Shown: positions 10,124 to 20,899 of the stretch, one piece after another
How positions within the stretch are numbered: the stretch's first letter is position 1
How the letters are laid out: every line of letters begins with the position of its first letter
Assembly (NCBI GenBank): GCA_963724765.1
Contig: CAVRVY010000001.1
Location: 320,001-384,000 of the forward strand
DNA length: 64,000 bases
Source of the DNA: an uncultured delta proteobacterium
GTDB taxonomy: Bacteria; Desulfobacterota; Binatia; Binatales; Binataceae
Direction: 5' to 3'
Notes under the pieces: model-generated
Seen by the model: only the letters and a program-made list of their open reading frames with translations
Databases searched by the model: none
What the model was told of the DNA's origin: nothing
Translations under genes and position numbers: made by a program

Positions 10124-10621
10124 TCAGCTCAGGCTGACTTCAAGACTTTCGAGCGTGCAGCTCGAGGGACCGATCCGAATAACCATCTGGAAGTCGGTGG
10201 TTGCGAGCGAGAGAGCGAACGACCCGGGCCCGCGCAGGGATAGGGCGAGATCCTTGATGCTCTGGTCCTTGAGCTTTGCGAGCGCTGCGCTCACCGCTGC
10301 GGCAGAGGCCGCCGCCGCCTCGCCCGCTTCGGTGCGGCGGTAGAGCTTGCGCGCGACGGCTTCAGCGGTGGGCCCGTTATGGTTGCGCAGGCGCCCGCTG
10401 TTGATCAGCAGCTCCAGCAGCGCCGCCACCGCGCCTTCATGCTCCGGCCGCAGGTGGCGATCGGCTAGCGCGGCGGTCAGTTCCTCGTAGCGCTGCCGGC
10501 TCGCGGAGTCTGTCGCCGCGACCGCCATTTGCGCGACATGAGGTGCAATCAGCGCCGCTTCGAAATCGTCCAGCTCGAGCGCGCGAGCTTCGGTACGTTC
10601 ATCGGTGGAATCCACGATCAC
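10124..10621 (-). CDS. Uncharacterised protein inside the cys operon
   Basis: GTGA overlap with the cysH stop, AGGA RBS, typical codon usage. Confidence 0.75.
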   Translation of the reverse strand: MIVDSTDERTEARALELDDFEAALIAPHVAQMAVAATDSASRQRYEELTAALADRHLRPEHEGAVAALLELLINSGRLRNHNGPTAEAVARKLYRRTEAGEAAAASAAAVSAALAKLKDQSIKDLALSLRGPGSFALSLATTDFQMVIRIGPSSCTLESLEVSLS

Positions 10622-11439
10622 TCCTGGCCGGCGCCGTCTCCGTGATTGCCGAGCAATGCGGCAAGCTCGTGCTCAAAGCCGCCGGTTTCGATCGCGCAGT
10701 GCATCCCGCATTCCTTCGGCGCCCCCTTCTCCCACCACCATCGTCCCGAGCGCGGATCGGCGCCCGGCTGGACCGCGCGAGTGCAGAGCTCGCATCCAAT
10801 CGAGGCGTAGCCGCGGTCGTAGAGCGCGTTGTAGGGGACGTCGTTGGCGCGGAGGTAATCCCAGACCTCCTCCTCGCTCCAATCCGCCAGCGGCGATATC
10901 TTCACGATTGCGCCGTGGTCGTGATCGATCTCGATCTTGCGGATATTTGATCGCGTGGCCCACTGGTCGCGCCGCAGTCCGGTTACCCAGGCGTCACAAT
11001 TGATCAGCGCGCTGCGCAGCGGCAGTACCTTGCGCACCTGGCAGCAGAGCAGGCGCAGATTGACTTCGCGAAAAAAGAAATCGGGGCCGCCATGCCGGCG
11101 CACCATCGTCCCGATGGTCGCGTGGTCGGGCCTGTGGACTTCAATTTCGATTCCGTAGCGCTCGCGAATCCGCCCGATCACCGCGAGCGTTTCCGCCGGC
11201 AGGCGACCGGTATCGATGGTGAAGACGCGCACGGTGGGATCGATATTGACCGCCATGTCGATCAGCGCACATCCCTCGGCCTGGAAGCTCGAACAGATCG
11301 CCAGACGCGATCCAAAACGATCGAGGCCCCATCGCAGAACCTCCTGCGGTGTCTTATCGTCCAGTTCGACCCCCGCCTCGCCGGCCTCAAGCTCGTCCAT
11401 GACCAGGCGCGGATCGGTATTGTCAAAGCCCTCATTCAT
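10618..11439 (-). CDS. cysH: Adenylyl-sulfate (APS) reductase, [4Fe-4S] type
   Basis: IDTGRL, CCQVRK, TGLRRDQ, SIGCELCT, RSGRWWWE and ECGMH. The CC...CxxC set indicates APS rather than PAPS specificity. Confidence 0.93.
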   Translation of the reverse strand: MNEGFDNTDPRLVMDELEAGEAGVELDDKTPQEVLRWGLDRFGSRLAICSSFQAEGCALIDMAVNIDPTVRVFTIDTGRLPAETLAVIGRIRERYGIEIEVHRPDHATIGTMVRRHGGPDFFFREVNLRLLCCQVRKVLPLRSALINCDAWVTGLRRDQWATRSNIRKIEIDHDHGAIVKISPLADWSEEEVWDYLRANDVPYNALYDRGYASIGCELCTRAVQPGADPRSGRWWWEKGAPKECGMHCAIETGGFEHELAALLGNHGDGAGQE

Positions 11440-11452
11440 TGAAGTTTTGCCC

Positions 11453-13081
11453 CTACACTGAACTTTCGAGATTCAGGCCAGATCCATGGCCGATGGCAAT
11501 CAGTTCCTGGTCCGACAGCCGGACGCAGAAATCCTGGAATGATTCGGATGCCGCACGCCGGGCCAAATAGGCGCCAACCAGGCGCGCCACGGTGTCCTCG
11601 ACCAGTGCCGACGGCATCCGCCGCAACAGCGGCTTTCCGATCGCGGCCCTGGGTCCCAGGCCGCCGCGCAGGATGATGTCATAAGCTTCGACGGGCTCAC
11701 CGCGCGGCCCGCGTCCGGTGGTTCCCTGCAGACCGATATCGCCGGTCCAGTGATGGCCGCAGGCATGAGGGCAGCCGTCGAGATTGATCGCGAGCCCACT
11801 GGCGGCGGCTCCGAACTCGCGCGCCAGCCGCTCAAGGATCGACTCCAGCTTGGGCTTGGTCGGCGTCACAGCGTAGTTGCAATGCGGGTCGCCGATGCAT
11901 GCGATCGACGAGGCGCAGGCGCTGCCGGTCTCGAGCGGAAATCCGAGCTCGCCAACGCGGTTGATTATTTCCTGAAGCCGCGCCGCGGGAATGTCGGTGA
12001 GGATGAAGTTCTGCCGGCGCGTCAGGCGGATATCGCCGCCGATTTCGTCCGCGAGGCCGGCCAGTGCGATCATCTGGGCGCCGCTCATCATGCCGAGCCT
12101 GACCGGAAAGCCGACGTAGCGGAGCCCGGGCTGCTTCTGCTCGTGCATGCCTATGTGATCGTCATCGCCTTCGAGCGCCGGCGTCTCGGCCAGGTCGGGC
12201 AGTCTGCGGCCTAGCCGCTCCTCGACCAGACGGCGGAATTCCACCACGCCATAGTCGTCGATCATGAACTTCAGCCGCGCCTTGACCCGCGATACGCGGT
12301 AGCGCGTGCTGAGCCGCCACACGTCAACGATCGCGCGCAGAACCTCGAGCGTTTGCTCGTGCGATACGAAGACGCCGAGATGGCGCGACAGCCGCGGCGT
12401 CGACGACTGGCCTCCGCCCACGCGCACCGCAAAACCGTCCGCGCCTCCAGGCGCCACGCCGACCATCGCGATGCAGTTAATCTCCGGAGCATTGCATCCG
12501 GTGGGGCAGGTCGAAATCGTGATCTTGTGCTTGCGCGGCAGGTCCGAGTACTCGCGGTTGCCAGAGAAAAATCGCGCCGCCTCGGTCACCACGCCGGTGG
12601 CGTCGAAAAGCTCGCGCCGATCGATCCCTGACACCGGGCATCCCGTGATATTGCGCACTGCGTCGCCGCACGCGCCCAGCGTCGTCAACGCGACCGCGCG
12701 AAGTCGATCGGCGATCGCGGGAAAATGTTCGAGTCCGATGTAATGAAGCTGAATGTTCTGACGGGTCGTCAATTCACCCTGGCCGCGGCCGTAGCGCTGG
12801 CTGAGGTCACCAATTAGACGCAACGCGGCGGGCTCCAGGATGCCGCCAGGAACTTTGACGCGCATCATGAAGCTGCCGAGCTTGGGTTTGTCGTGATAGA
12901 GCCCGAACCATTGCAGCCGCACGACGTCGGTTTCTGCCAGGTCCTCATAAGGGGTCTCCACCAGACGGTTCCACTGCTGCGCTAGGTCGAGCGGAAACAG
13001 CTCCCGCTTCAGGCGTTCTACAGAGTTGCGCTTGAGGACCGTTTCCCAAGGGGGTGCCTCTGTCTTTGGAAGCTGTGCCAT
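11453..13081 (-). CDS. sir: Ferredoxin-type sulfite reductase (nitrite/sulfite reductase family)
   Basis: FMMRVKVPGG, TTRQNIQLH, GDAVRN, LPRKHK, and CIGDPHC...GCPHAC siroheme/4Fe-4S ligands; cys context. Confidence 0.9.
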   Translation of the reverse strand: MAQLPKTEAPPWETVLKRNSVERLKRELFPLDLAQQWNRLVETPYEDLAETDVVRLQWFGLYHDKPKLGSFMMRVKVPGGILEPAALRLIGDLSQRYGRGQGELTTRQNIQLHYIGLEHFPAIADRLRAVALTTLGACGDAVRNITGCPVSGIDRRELFDATGVVTEAARFFSGNREYSDLPRKHKITISTCPTGCNAPEINCIAMVGVAPGGADGFAVRVGGGQSSTPRLSRHLGVFVSHEQTLEVLRAIVDVWRLSTRYRVSRVKARLKFMIDDYGVVEFRRLVEERLGRRLPDLAETPALEGDDDHIGMHEQKQPGLRYVGFPVRLGMMSGAQMIALAGLADEIGGDIRLTRRQNFILTDIPAARLQEIINRVGELGFPLETGSACASSIACIGDPHCNYAVTPTKPKLESILERLAREFGAAASGLAINLDGCPHACGHHWTGDIGLQGTTGRGPRGEPVEAYDIILRGGLGPRAAIGKPLLRRMPSALVEDTVARLVGAYLARRAASESFQDFCVRLSDQELIAIGHGSGLNLESSV

Positions 13082-13089
13082 CCAGATAA

Positions 13090-13197
13090 AAGATGACTTA
13101 AAGCATCATCTTAGTCAAATAATTCGGCCATTTAGTAATTTGTCTGAGAAAATTGATTCACAGCACAGGGTGTTTTATATAAATCGACTAAGTCGAT
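13090..13197. promoter_or_regulatory. Divergent sigma70-like promoters with palindromic operators
   Basis: Minus strand: TTGACT-N17-CATCTT (13118-13090). Plus strand: TTGATT-N17-TATATA (13153-13181). Palindromes AAGATGA-N9-TCATCTT (13090-13112) and ATCGACT-A-AGTCGAT (13183-13197). Confidence 0.6.
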
Positions 13198-13324
13198 AGA
13201 TTAATAGTAGAAATTGCTTTAGCCAAGTCGCTATTCCGGACATGCACGAAGGATTGGCAAAGGGCCAAAGCGGGCAAAACGGATGGGAGGCCCAGATAAG
13301 GGCGGCAGGAAGGGAAGAAGAGAT

Positions 13325-13690
13325 ATGAGGAAGTTTCAGGCACGAGCATCGGGATTGTTGTTCGGCGCGTGGTTGGCGCTCGCCACCGGATGCGCCTCGA
13401 CGGCTGGGTGGGGACCGCCCCCCTCGGGTACGCCCGCACAGGTTGCGGCCGCACACAGTGGCGCCCCGGCTTTCAGGAGCACCAGCGTGATCGGGAGTAT
13501 GGCCAAGAATGCGGAGGCCGCGAAGATTCCGCCGAACGTCCGTGTTCAGGATTGCGCAATTGTCGCGATCTCGTCGCCCAGCAGATTCGCCTGTGATGGC
13601 AAGGTCTACACGAGTTTTCAACTGTACCGGGCAAGGCAGCAGGCCGAGGGCAACGACCCGCACACGGCCGGGAGCAACGAATCACCATAA
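13325..13690 (+). CDS. Hypothetical lipoprotein
   Basis: Signal with LATGC lipobox; VQDCAIV...RFACDGKVYT Cys pair. Confidence 0.7.
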   Translation: MRKFQARASGLLFGAWLALATGCASTAGWGPPPSGTPAQVAAAHSGAPAFRSTSVIGSMAKNAEAAKIPPNVRVQDCAIVAISSPSRFACDGKVYTSFQLYRARQQAEGNDPHTAGSNESP

Positions 13691-13793
13691 GTCGGTCCGC
13701 CGGATTTCGGCGGGGCCGCGATGGTTGAGGAGTGTTTTACGGGTTTCGCGTAGGGAACTGGTCGTCGATAGATCGAAAATTGAAGGAAAACCA

Positions 13794-15532
13794 ATGAGAG
13801 TCAGAAGACTACTGAGTATAGCACTTTTGGCAGTATCTATCATTACTCCGATGCGGCGCGTAGCGGCTCAGGACATCACCGCCGCGACCAAACTGTGGGT
13901 CGATAGCAAGACGGGTCAGGTCTTCGTGCGGCCGGGCAAGGGCCGCGTGCCGTTCACGCTTGGCGGCCCGGTTGATCAGCGGGCGATCGAGCAAAACGTG
14001 GAGCAGAAGGTCGAGGCGAGGACCAACGATCAGATCAAGACCCAGGTTCAGCAAAGCGCCGCACAGCTACAGGAACAGAACCAGGTGCTCGCCCAGCAGG
14101 TCAACGAGATGCAGCCGGCCTGGAAGAGCTACACGGATGACTTCCGTGACAAGATCCGGCTCGGCACGGTCCTCTTCGGCGATTACCGGTTCTACACCAA
14201 TACGGGCTTTCAACCGCAGGAGCAGGAGAATTTAAGCAATCTGGGTCCGGGCAACAACAACTACAATTCGTTCGACATCACCCGGGCGTATCTCAATTTC
14301 TTTTTCTTTCCGACCAAAACTGGTCAGTGCGAGTTACCCCGGATGTCTACAAAACGATCGGTTCATCGAACGATAAGATCGGACAGACCACGGGTGTCGG
14401 CAGCAACCTGGACGGCGATTTCGGCGTGCGCCTGAAGTACGCCAGTTTGACGTACGACTCCCTATGGAATGCCGTTCCAATGCTCAAGGGTGGAACGGCT
14501 TCGTTCGGTGAGATCTCCAACCCATTTACGGAATGGGAAGAAAACCTCTACGAATTTCGCTTCGTTAATTCTACTCCATGGAACTATCTCGGCCTGGCGT
14601 CGGCGCAGACCGGAGTGTCTGTGCAAGGGCCGGTCAGGTTCGGCGAGAAGGCGTATTTCGACTACGGAATCGGTGCTTTTACCAACGCGAACTATCACAC
14701 CTTCGAGGAGAGCGACACCAAGCAGTTCATGGCGCGGATTTCCGCCTACCCGTTCGGCGCAAACTGGCGCTACGACGGACTGGGTATAACCGGCTTCTAC
14801 AACTACGGCTACGGCAACACGGCGCCTGACACTGCCGATATACCGACGACGCTGAAGGGTGGCAACGCGCATATCCAGAGGATCGCAACGATAGTGCACT
14901 ACACCGCTGAAAGTTGGGGCTTGGCGGGCGAGTTTGACTCAGGCAGCAACGCGTTTCAAGCGTCCAACCTATGGTCCGGCAGCGGTCCGGCTGACGCGTT
15001 CGGCTTCCCGACCGGCAAAGCGATCACCTCGGGAACCTTCGCCGGTAACACTTGCGGCAATGGCACCACTACCATCGTAAAAGGCAAGCTCATACAGCCC
15101 TGCTATCCGCTGCTTAACACCTACGGACCGCAGGCGGATGCGCAGACGGCGATCCTGAACAATGGCCAGGCGCAGCAACTGGGCGTCGACTTCTTCGGCC
15201 ACTTTCATATCCCGGAAACGCCGATCACCGCGTTTGGCATGTTCCAGTGGCTGTTACACAACACCCAGTTCGCCAACGACCCCCTGGACTTCCAGCGCTG
15301 GGTCTTCGGCCTGAGCTATCGGTACAACGAGTATCTGCGTTTCGCGATCGACAGTCAGAATCTCTCATTCTATCATGGCCAACAGTCAATTCCGATCTCA
15401 GTGCTGAAACCGTTCGGTTACTCGCCCGGTGGCACCTTCAACGGTCAGACGCTGCCCAAGACCGGCAGTATTCCGGACATGGTGCAGCGCGACACGCACT
15501 CCATATTCGCTAACGTGGAGTTCGCCTACTAA
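13794..15532 (+). pseudogene. Outer-membrane porin-like protein split by a 1-nt frameshift near 14316-14319 (true pseudogene or sequencing error)
   Basis: Signal peptide, coiled coil and NSFDITRAYLNFFFFPTK in one frame; WSVRVTPD...FANVEFAY in the -1 frame; aromatic terminal residue typical of beta-barrels. Confidence 0.8.
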
Positions 15533-15546
15533 CCGAACTGAGTAAT

Positions 15547-16569
15547 ATGAAACAGCGACCTTGTTTAGCATGTTTTTCGATCGCAATGGTTCTGACACTT
15601 GCCGGGCCGCTCGTGCGGCCCGGCAAGGCGCGCGCCGGACAAACGATTCTCAATGTCTCGTATGATGCGACGCGAGAGCTTTACGAAGACATTGGCGCCG
15701 AGTTCGCAAAACAGTGGAAAGCCAAAACCGGCGAGGACATAAGCGTCAACCTTTCCAATGGGGGATCGGGCAAGCAGGCACGCGCCGTAATCGATGGCCT
15801 CGAGGCCGACGTGGTGACGCTGGGCCTCGCTTACGATATCGACGCGATCAGCCAAAAAGGGGGCCTGTTACCCGCGAACTGGCAGAGCCGGCTGCCATAC
15901 AACAGCATGCCATACACATCCACGGTCGTTTTCCTCGTGCGCAGTGGAAATCCTAAAAAAATCAAAGATTGGCCCGACCTGGTGAAACCGGGAGTATCGG
16001 TCATCACGCCGAATCCAAAGACTTCCGGCGGCGCGCGATGGGTTTATCTCGCCGCATGGGGTTCCGCCTTGGAGGCGCCCGGCGGGAGCGAGGACAAGGC
16101 GCGGGAGTTCGTGACAAAATTCTACAGGAACGTGCCGGTGCTCGATTCAGGCGCACGCGGCTCGACTGACACTTTCGTGCAGCGCGAGATCGGCGACGTT
16201 CTTGTGTCCTGGGAAAGCGAGGCCTATCTTGCGATCGGTCAATTCGGCAAGGGCAAGTTCGAGATTGTCTATCCCTCGACCAGCATCCTGGCCGAGCCGC
16301 CGGTGGCCCTGATCGACAAGGTCGTTGCCAGACGCGGGACAGGCAAGGTCGCCCAGGCATATCTCGAATATCTGTACACGCCGCAGGCACAGGAGATCGC
16401 GGCGAGGCATTTCTTCCGGCCGCGGCTCGCTTCGGTGGCCGACAAATACAAGTCCACATTTCCGAAGATCAAGCTCTTCACCGTGGATAGTGCATTCGGG
16501 GGATGGCAGAAGGCGCAGCGAACGCATTTCGCTGACGGCGGCGTGTTCGATCAAATATATAAGCCGTAA
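15547..16569 (+). CDS. sbp: Sulfate ABC transporter substrate-binding protein
   Basis: [34 protein letters not shown] and LDSGARGS. Confidence 0.95.
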   Translation: MKQRPCLACFSIAMVLTLAGPLVRPGKARAGQTILNVSYDATRELYEDIGAEFAKQWKAKTGEDISVNLSNGGSGKQARAVIDGLEADVVTLGLAYDIDAISQKGGLLPANWQSRLPYNSMPYTSTVVFLVRSGNPKKIKDWPDLVKPGVSVITPNPKTSGGARWVYLAAWGSALEAPGGSEDKAREFVTKFYRNVPVLDSGARGSTDTFVQREIGDVLVSWESEAYLAIGQFGKGKFEIVYPSTSILAEPPVALIDKVVARRGTGKVAQAYLEYLYTPQAQEIAARHFFRPRLASVADKYKSTFPKIKLFTVDSAFGGWQKAQRTHFADGGVFDQIYKP

Positions 16570-16594
16570 CCGAGGCCGGTGGATTAGCGAGTCT

Positions 16595-17428
16595 ATGTCA
16601 ATAATGCAACGCAGGCGCAGCGTGATCCCAGGGTTTGGCTTGACGATGGGCTGTACCATCGTATACCTGAGCCTGATCGCGCTGATTCCGCTCTCGACGA
16701 TAGTTCTCAAAACCAGCACGATGGGATGGGAGCGGTTTTGGGCGGTCGTTCTTTCGCCACGCGTGCTCGCGGCCTGCCGGCTGAGCATCGGCACGTCGCT
16801 GGCCGGCGCTACGATCAATTCCATCTTAGGGGTCATCGTGGCGTGGGCCCTGGTGCGATATCGCTTTCCACTGCGCGACTTCGTGGACGCGTTGGTGGAT
16901 TTGCCGTTCGCGCTGCCGACGTCGGTAGCAGGAATCACCCTGACGACGTTGTGTGCACATAATGGATGGATCGGGCGGCTGGCCGCACCTTTGGGAATAA
17001 AAATTGCATTCACGCCGCTGGGCATCATCGTGGCGCTTATTTTCATCGGCCTGCCGTTCGTAGTCCGCACCGTTCAGCCGGTCCTGCAGGATCTCGAACC
17101 CGAGCTGGAGGAGGCGGCGGCAACCCTGGGCGCGACCCGGGTTCAGGCTTTCAGGCGCGTGATCGCGCCGGTCCTGATGCCCGCCATGATGACCGGATTC
17201 TCGCTGGCCTTTGCCCGTGCGCTCGGTGAGTATGGGTCCGTAGTGTTTATTTCGGGCAACATGCCGATGCGTACCGAGGTCGTGCCGCTGCTCATCGTTA
17301 CCGAACTCGAGCAGTTCGATTATCAGAGCGCCACCGCGATCGCTCTCGTAATTCTGGTGCTGTCGTTCACGATCCTGTTTCTGATCAACATGCTGCAGAA
17401 ATGGGGCGCGGGTCGCGTCGTTGGCTGA
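16595..17428 (+). CDS. cysT: Sulfate ABC transporter permease
   Basis: VIPGFGL, DLPFALPTSVAG, EEAAATLGA and ARALGEYGSV. Confidence 0.95.
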   Translation: MSIMQRRRSVIPGFGLTMGCTIVYLSLIALIPLSTIVLKTSTMGWERFWAVVLSPRVLAACRLSIGTSLAGATINSILGVIVAWALVRYRFPLRDFVDALVDLPFALPTSVAGITLTTLCAHNGWIGRLAAPLGIKIAFTPLGIIVALIFIGLPFVVRTVQPVLQDLEPELEEAAATLGATRVQAFRRVIAPVLMPAMMTGFSLAFARALGEYGSVVFISGNMPMRTEVVPLLIVTELEQFDYQSATAIALVILVLSFTILFLINMLQKWGAGRVVG

Positions 17429-18359
17429 GCCGAATATAGACGGATCCGGCGGCGCCAGGCCGAGCGCTCGGTTGCACGACGACGCGCGTGCCAGGATGCG
17501 CCGGGCGACCACCGAACCGCCGTGGGCGCAGGCGCTGATTATCGTTGTAGCGATAGTCTTCCTGGGGCTGTTCCTGGTCGTTCCGCTGATCGCCGTCTTC
17601 ACCGAGGCGCTGCGCAGCGGCATCGGCGTCTATATCGCGGCGATTATCAATCCCGAAGCGCGCAGTGCGATTCGGCTGACGCTGCTCGCGGCGGCGATAG
17701 CAGTCCCGCTTAATACGGCCTTCGGAGTCGGCGCGGCGTGGGCGATTACGCGCTTCGAATTTCGCGGCAAGAATCTGCTGACCACGCTGATCGATCTGCC
17801 CTTCGCCGTCTCTCCGGTCATCGCCGGGCTTACCTACGTTCTTCTGTTCGGCTCGCATGGAATCGTCGGGCCGTGGCTTATGGCGAGGGGAATCCATATT
17901 ATTTTCGCCGTCCCGGGAATCATCCTCGCCACGACTTTCGTGACTTTGCCGTTTGTCGCGCGCGAGCTGATTCCGGTAATGGAGGCTGCCGGCGTCGAAG
18001 AAGAGCTTGCGGCGCTGACCCTGGGCGCGGGCGGATGGCAGACGTTATGGCGCGTCACGTTGCCCAACATAAAGTGGGGTCTGCTTTACGGTGTGATTAT
18101 CTGCAACGCGCGCGCGATGGGCGAATTCGGGGCGGTCTCGGTGGTCTCCGGCCATATCCGAGGATTGACGGACACGATGCCGCTTTACGTCGAGATTCTG
18201 TATGACGATTACGCATTTGCGGCTTCCTTCGCGGTGGCGTCGCTGCTGACCTTGCTCGCGCTTGTAACGCTCGTGGCCAAGCGGATACTGGGCGGCAGGG
18301 TCCATGAGACTGAAGAAGTAGAGGAGTTCGAAGAGCATTCGGAAGTAAAAGCGGCATGA
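17421..18359 (+). CDS. cysW: Sulfate ABC transporter permease
   Basis: [21 protein letters not shown] and [15 protein letters not shown]. Confidence 0.95.
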   Translation: MAEPNIDGSGGARPSARLHDDARARMRRATTEPPWAQALIIVVAIVFLGLFLVVPLIAVFTEALRSGIGVYIAAIINPEARSAIRLTLLAAAIAVPLNTAFGVGAAWAITRFEFRGKNLLTTLIDLPFAVSPVIAGLTYVLLFGSHGIVGPWLMARGIHIIFAVPGIILATTFVTLPFVARELIPVMEAAGVEEELAALTLGAGGWQTLWRVTLPNIKWGLLYGVIICNARAMGEFGAVSVVSGHIRGLTDTMPLYVEILYDDYAFAASFAVASLLTLLALVTLVAKRILGGRVHETEEVEEFEEHSEVKAA

Positions 18360-19423
18360 GTATCGAAGTCCATAATATCAGCAAACGGTTTGGCAGCTTC
18401 GTTGCTCTCGACGACGTAAGCCTGCGGATCGATAGCGGCGAGCTTATCGCGCTGCTGGGGCCGTCCGGATCGGGAAAGACCACACTGCTGCGTATTATTG
18501 CCGGGCTCGAGATTCCGGACTCGGGCACGGTTCATCTGGAGGGCGAGGAAGCCACCGGGCGCAGCGTGCGCGAGCGTGGCGTGGGTTTCGTCTTCCAGCA
18601 CTACGCGTTTTTCCGCCACATGACGGTTTTCGAAAACGTCGCCTTCGGACTGCGGGTCCGGCCAAGGAGCCGCCGGCCGCCGGAAACCGAAATTGGCGAA
18701 CGCGTCAACCAACTGCTCAAGCTGGTGCAACTCGAGTGGGCTGGCGGGCGCCTCCCGTCACAGCTCTCGGGTGGACAGCGTCAGCGGATCGCGCTGGCGC
18801 GGGCATTGGCAGTCGAGCCCAAGGTGTTGCTGCTCGACGAACCGTTCGGCGCGCTCGACGCGAAGGTTCGCGAGGAACTGCGGCGATGGCTCCGAAGGCT
18901 GCACCAGGACCTTCGCATAACCAGCGTCTTTGTCACGCACGATCAGGAAGAAGCGCTCGAACTGGCCAGCCGCGTCGTGGTGCTTAACCAGGGAAAGATC
19001 GAGCAGGTCGGAACCGCCGAGGAACTGTATCATCGCGCGGCCACGCCGTTCGTCTACGACTTCCTGGGTAACGTCAATCTTTTTCACGGCCGCGTGCGCG
19101 ACGGCAAGCTCTACGTTCGGGAAATGCCGATTCCGGTCAACGGCCAGGACCTGGCCGGCGCAAATGGCAAATCGGCCATGGTCTACGTGCGGCCGCATCT
19201 TCTGGATATTCGTCTGGAACCCAACGGTAAAGCCTCATTCCCGGCATCCATCACGCACATCCACGCCGCCGGCCCCAAGGTCAAGATCGAACTCAGCAGC
19301 CGCTGGGGCGATAGAGTACAGGTCGAGATCGATCATGATCGCTTCCGCGCGCTAGGACTGGAGTGCGGCGCGCAAGTCTATCTCAGCCCGCGCGAAAACA
19401 AGGTGTTCATCTACCAGATCTGA
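18356..19423 (+). CDS. cysA: Sulfate ABC transporter ATPase
   Basis: [33 protein letters not shown] and a TOBE tail. Confidence 0.95.
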   Translation: MSIEVHNISKRFGSFVALDDVSLRIDSGELIALLGPSGSGKTTLLRIIAGLEIPDSGTVHLEGEEATGRSVRERGVGFVFQHYAFFRHMTVFENVAFGLRVRPRSRRPPETEIGERVNQLLKLVQLEWAGGRLPSQLSGGQRQRIALARALAVEPKVLLLDEPFGALDAKVREELRRWLRRLHQDLRITSVFVTHDQEEALELASRVVVLNQGKIEQVGTAEELYHRAATPFVYDFLGNVNLFHGRVRDGKLYVREMPIPVNGQDLAGANGKSAMVYVRPHLLDIRLEPNGKASFPASITHIHAAGPKVKIELSSRWGDRVQVEIDHDRFRALGLECGAQVYLSPRENKVFIYQI

Positions 19424-19542
19424 GCCCGGCGCGAGTCGGCCTCGCCTTCTTCACTGCCACAATGCTCGCGCGGTCATATTATTCCAATCTCGGTCCTCTG
19501 GTAGCTCCGACTGAGCAATGATTCGGGCTTGCCTCGAGGGAC

Positions 19543-20700
19543 TCACGCCGCCGAGGGATGCGCAACGTTGCTGCCGATTATTACCGCTTGCGCGACACCC
19601 GACAGCGAGAGTCCGTAGCGTTCGATCCTGTCGTACAGCTTCTTACGGGAGATTTTCAGCAGACGTGCCGCTTGCACCTTGTTTCCGCCCGTACGCTCCA
19701 GCGCTTTGGCGATTGCGTCGCGTTCGAATTCGGCATAGCTGCCGGGGCTCTGGATCGACGGGGGTTCGGACGCCGCTATTGTCGACGAGAGGATCGCGCG
19801 TGGCGCGACTCGCCAGGCGTTCACGATCCTGGTTGGCAGATCGTCGAGCGTGACGGTCGACGAGGCGCCGAACGTGAAAGCCGATTCGATCGTGTTGCTG
19901 AGCTCGCGGACGTTGCCCGGCCAATCGTACGCCTGCAAGGCCGACATCGCGTCGGGCTCGATTCCTTCGACAGATCTTGTGGCCTGGCTGCGCCCGTTCA
20001 ACAGCTTCAGGAAATGCCAGGCCAGCGCCCCGATATCGTCTGACCGGTCTCTCAGCGGAGGAATTTCCAGCACGTTCACCTGCAGGCGATAGTAAAGGTC
20101 GGCGCGCAATTGTCCGGTACGGGCGGCTTCGGCCGGATCGCGATTGGTCGACGCTACAATGCGGACGTCGATTGGGATCTCGTGAGTGGCGCCGACAGGT
20201 CTCACGGCTCGTTCCTGGATCGCACGCAGCAGCTTGGCCTGGAGATCCGGGCTCATCTCCGTAATTTCGTCCAAAAAGACCGTGCCGCCGTCCGCGGCGC
20301 GCAGCAGTCCCGGATGATCCGTGTTTGCACCGCTGAAGGCCCCGCGGCGATAGCCGAACAATTCGCTCTCGACCAGATCTTTCGGAATCGCGGCGCAGTT
20401 AAGTGGAATGAACGATTGCCGCTGCGAGCCACCCGCATGGATGGCGCGCGCCACCAACTCCTTGCCGGTGCCGCTCTCGCCGACAATCAGGACCGTCGAG
20501 CGGGTGGCGGCGACGGCCTCGATCCGGCGATACAGACGCCGCATCGCAGCGTTCGATCCAACCAGCCCGTGAAACGGCTCGGTTGCTTCCGCCCTGATTG
20601 GCCCGGCGCCAGCGCCACTGAAGACCATGGGGCCGGCGGAGAAATTCCCGTCAAACAGCGGTCGTCGGTCTTCTGCAGCCGAAATTGTGTTGATAGCCAT
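19543..20700 (-). CDS. Sigma54 enhancer-binding protein (AAA+ and Fis HTH) with no N-terminal sensor; start at 20700 or 20628
   Basis: GESGTGKE, ESELFG..GAFSGA, FLDEI, WPGNVREL and GGNKVQAARLL. Confidence 0.9.
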   Translation of the reverse strand: MAINTISAAEDRRPLFDGNFSAGPMVFSGAGAGPIRAEATEPFHGLVGSNAAMRRLYRRIEAVAATRSTVLIVGESGTGKELVARAIHAGGSQRQSFIPLNCAAIPKDLVESELFGYRRGAFSGANTDHPGLLRAADGGTVFLDEITEMSPDLQAKLLRAIQERAVRPVGATHEIPIDVRIVASTNRDPAEAARTGQLRADLYYRLQVNVLEIPPLRDRSDDIGALAWHFLKLLNGRSQATRSVEGIEPDAMSALQAYDWPGNVRELSNTIESAFTFGASSTVTLDDLPTRIVNAWRVAPRAILSSTIAASEPPSIQSPGSYAEFERDAIAKALERTGGNKVQAARLLKISRKKLYDRIERYGLSLSGVAQAVIIGSNVAHPSAA

Positions 20701-20713
20701 GCATCCCGAGGGA

Positions 20714-20728
20714 GCACACCGCGTGCCA
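20714..20728 (-). promoter_or_regulatory. Sigma54 -24/-12 promoter
   Basis: Minus strand reads TGGCACGCGGTGTGC (GG-N10-GC). Confidence 0.65.
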
Positions 20729-20899
20729 TATGTTGCCTTTCGACGCAGCTTGCACATTTCGCTACAGCAGCTCGAGAACATGGGGCATCGTTGTCCCACG
20801 TGGGGAATGAAGTCCGCACAACACGATTGTAAATGAACAATCAGGATGCGAACCTTCTGCCTCACTATGGCCGGGACGACTGAACATAAAGGACCGACT

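Noticed and set aside
13509-13793. Upstream extension of the porin ORF
   Set aside because: It overlaps the lipoprotein gene; the RBS and signal peptide point to the ATG at 13794.
14295-14330. Programmed -1 frameshift in the porin gene
   Set aside because: There is no in-frame X XXY YYZ slippery heptamer and no obvious stimulatory structure; a 1-nt deletion is simpler.
20701-20865. N-terminal extension of the sigma54 activator in the ORF track
   Set aside because: It overlaps the predicted promoter and the divergent kinase region and resembles no domain.
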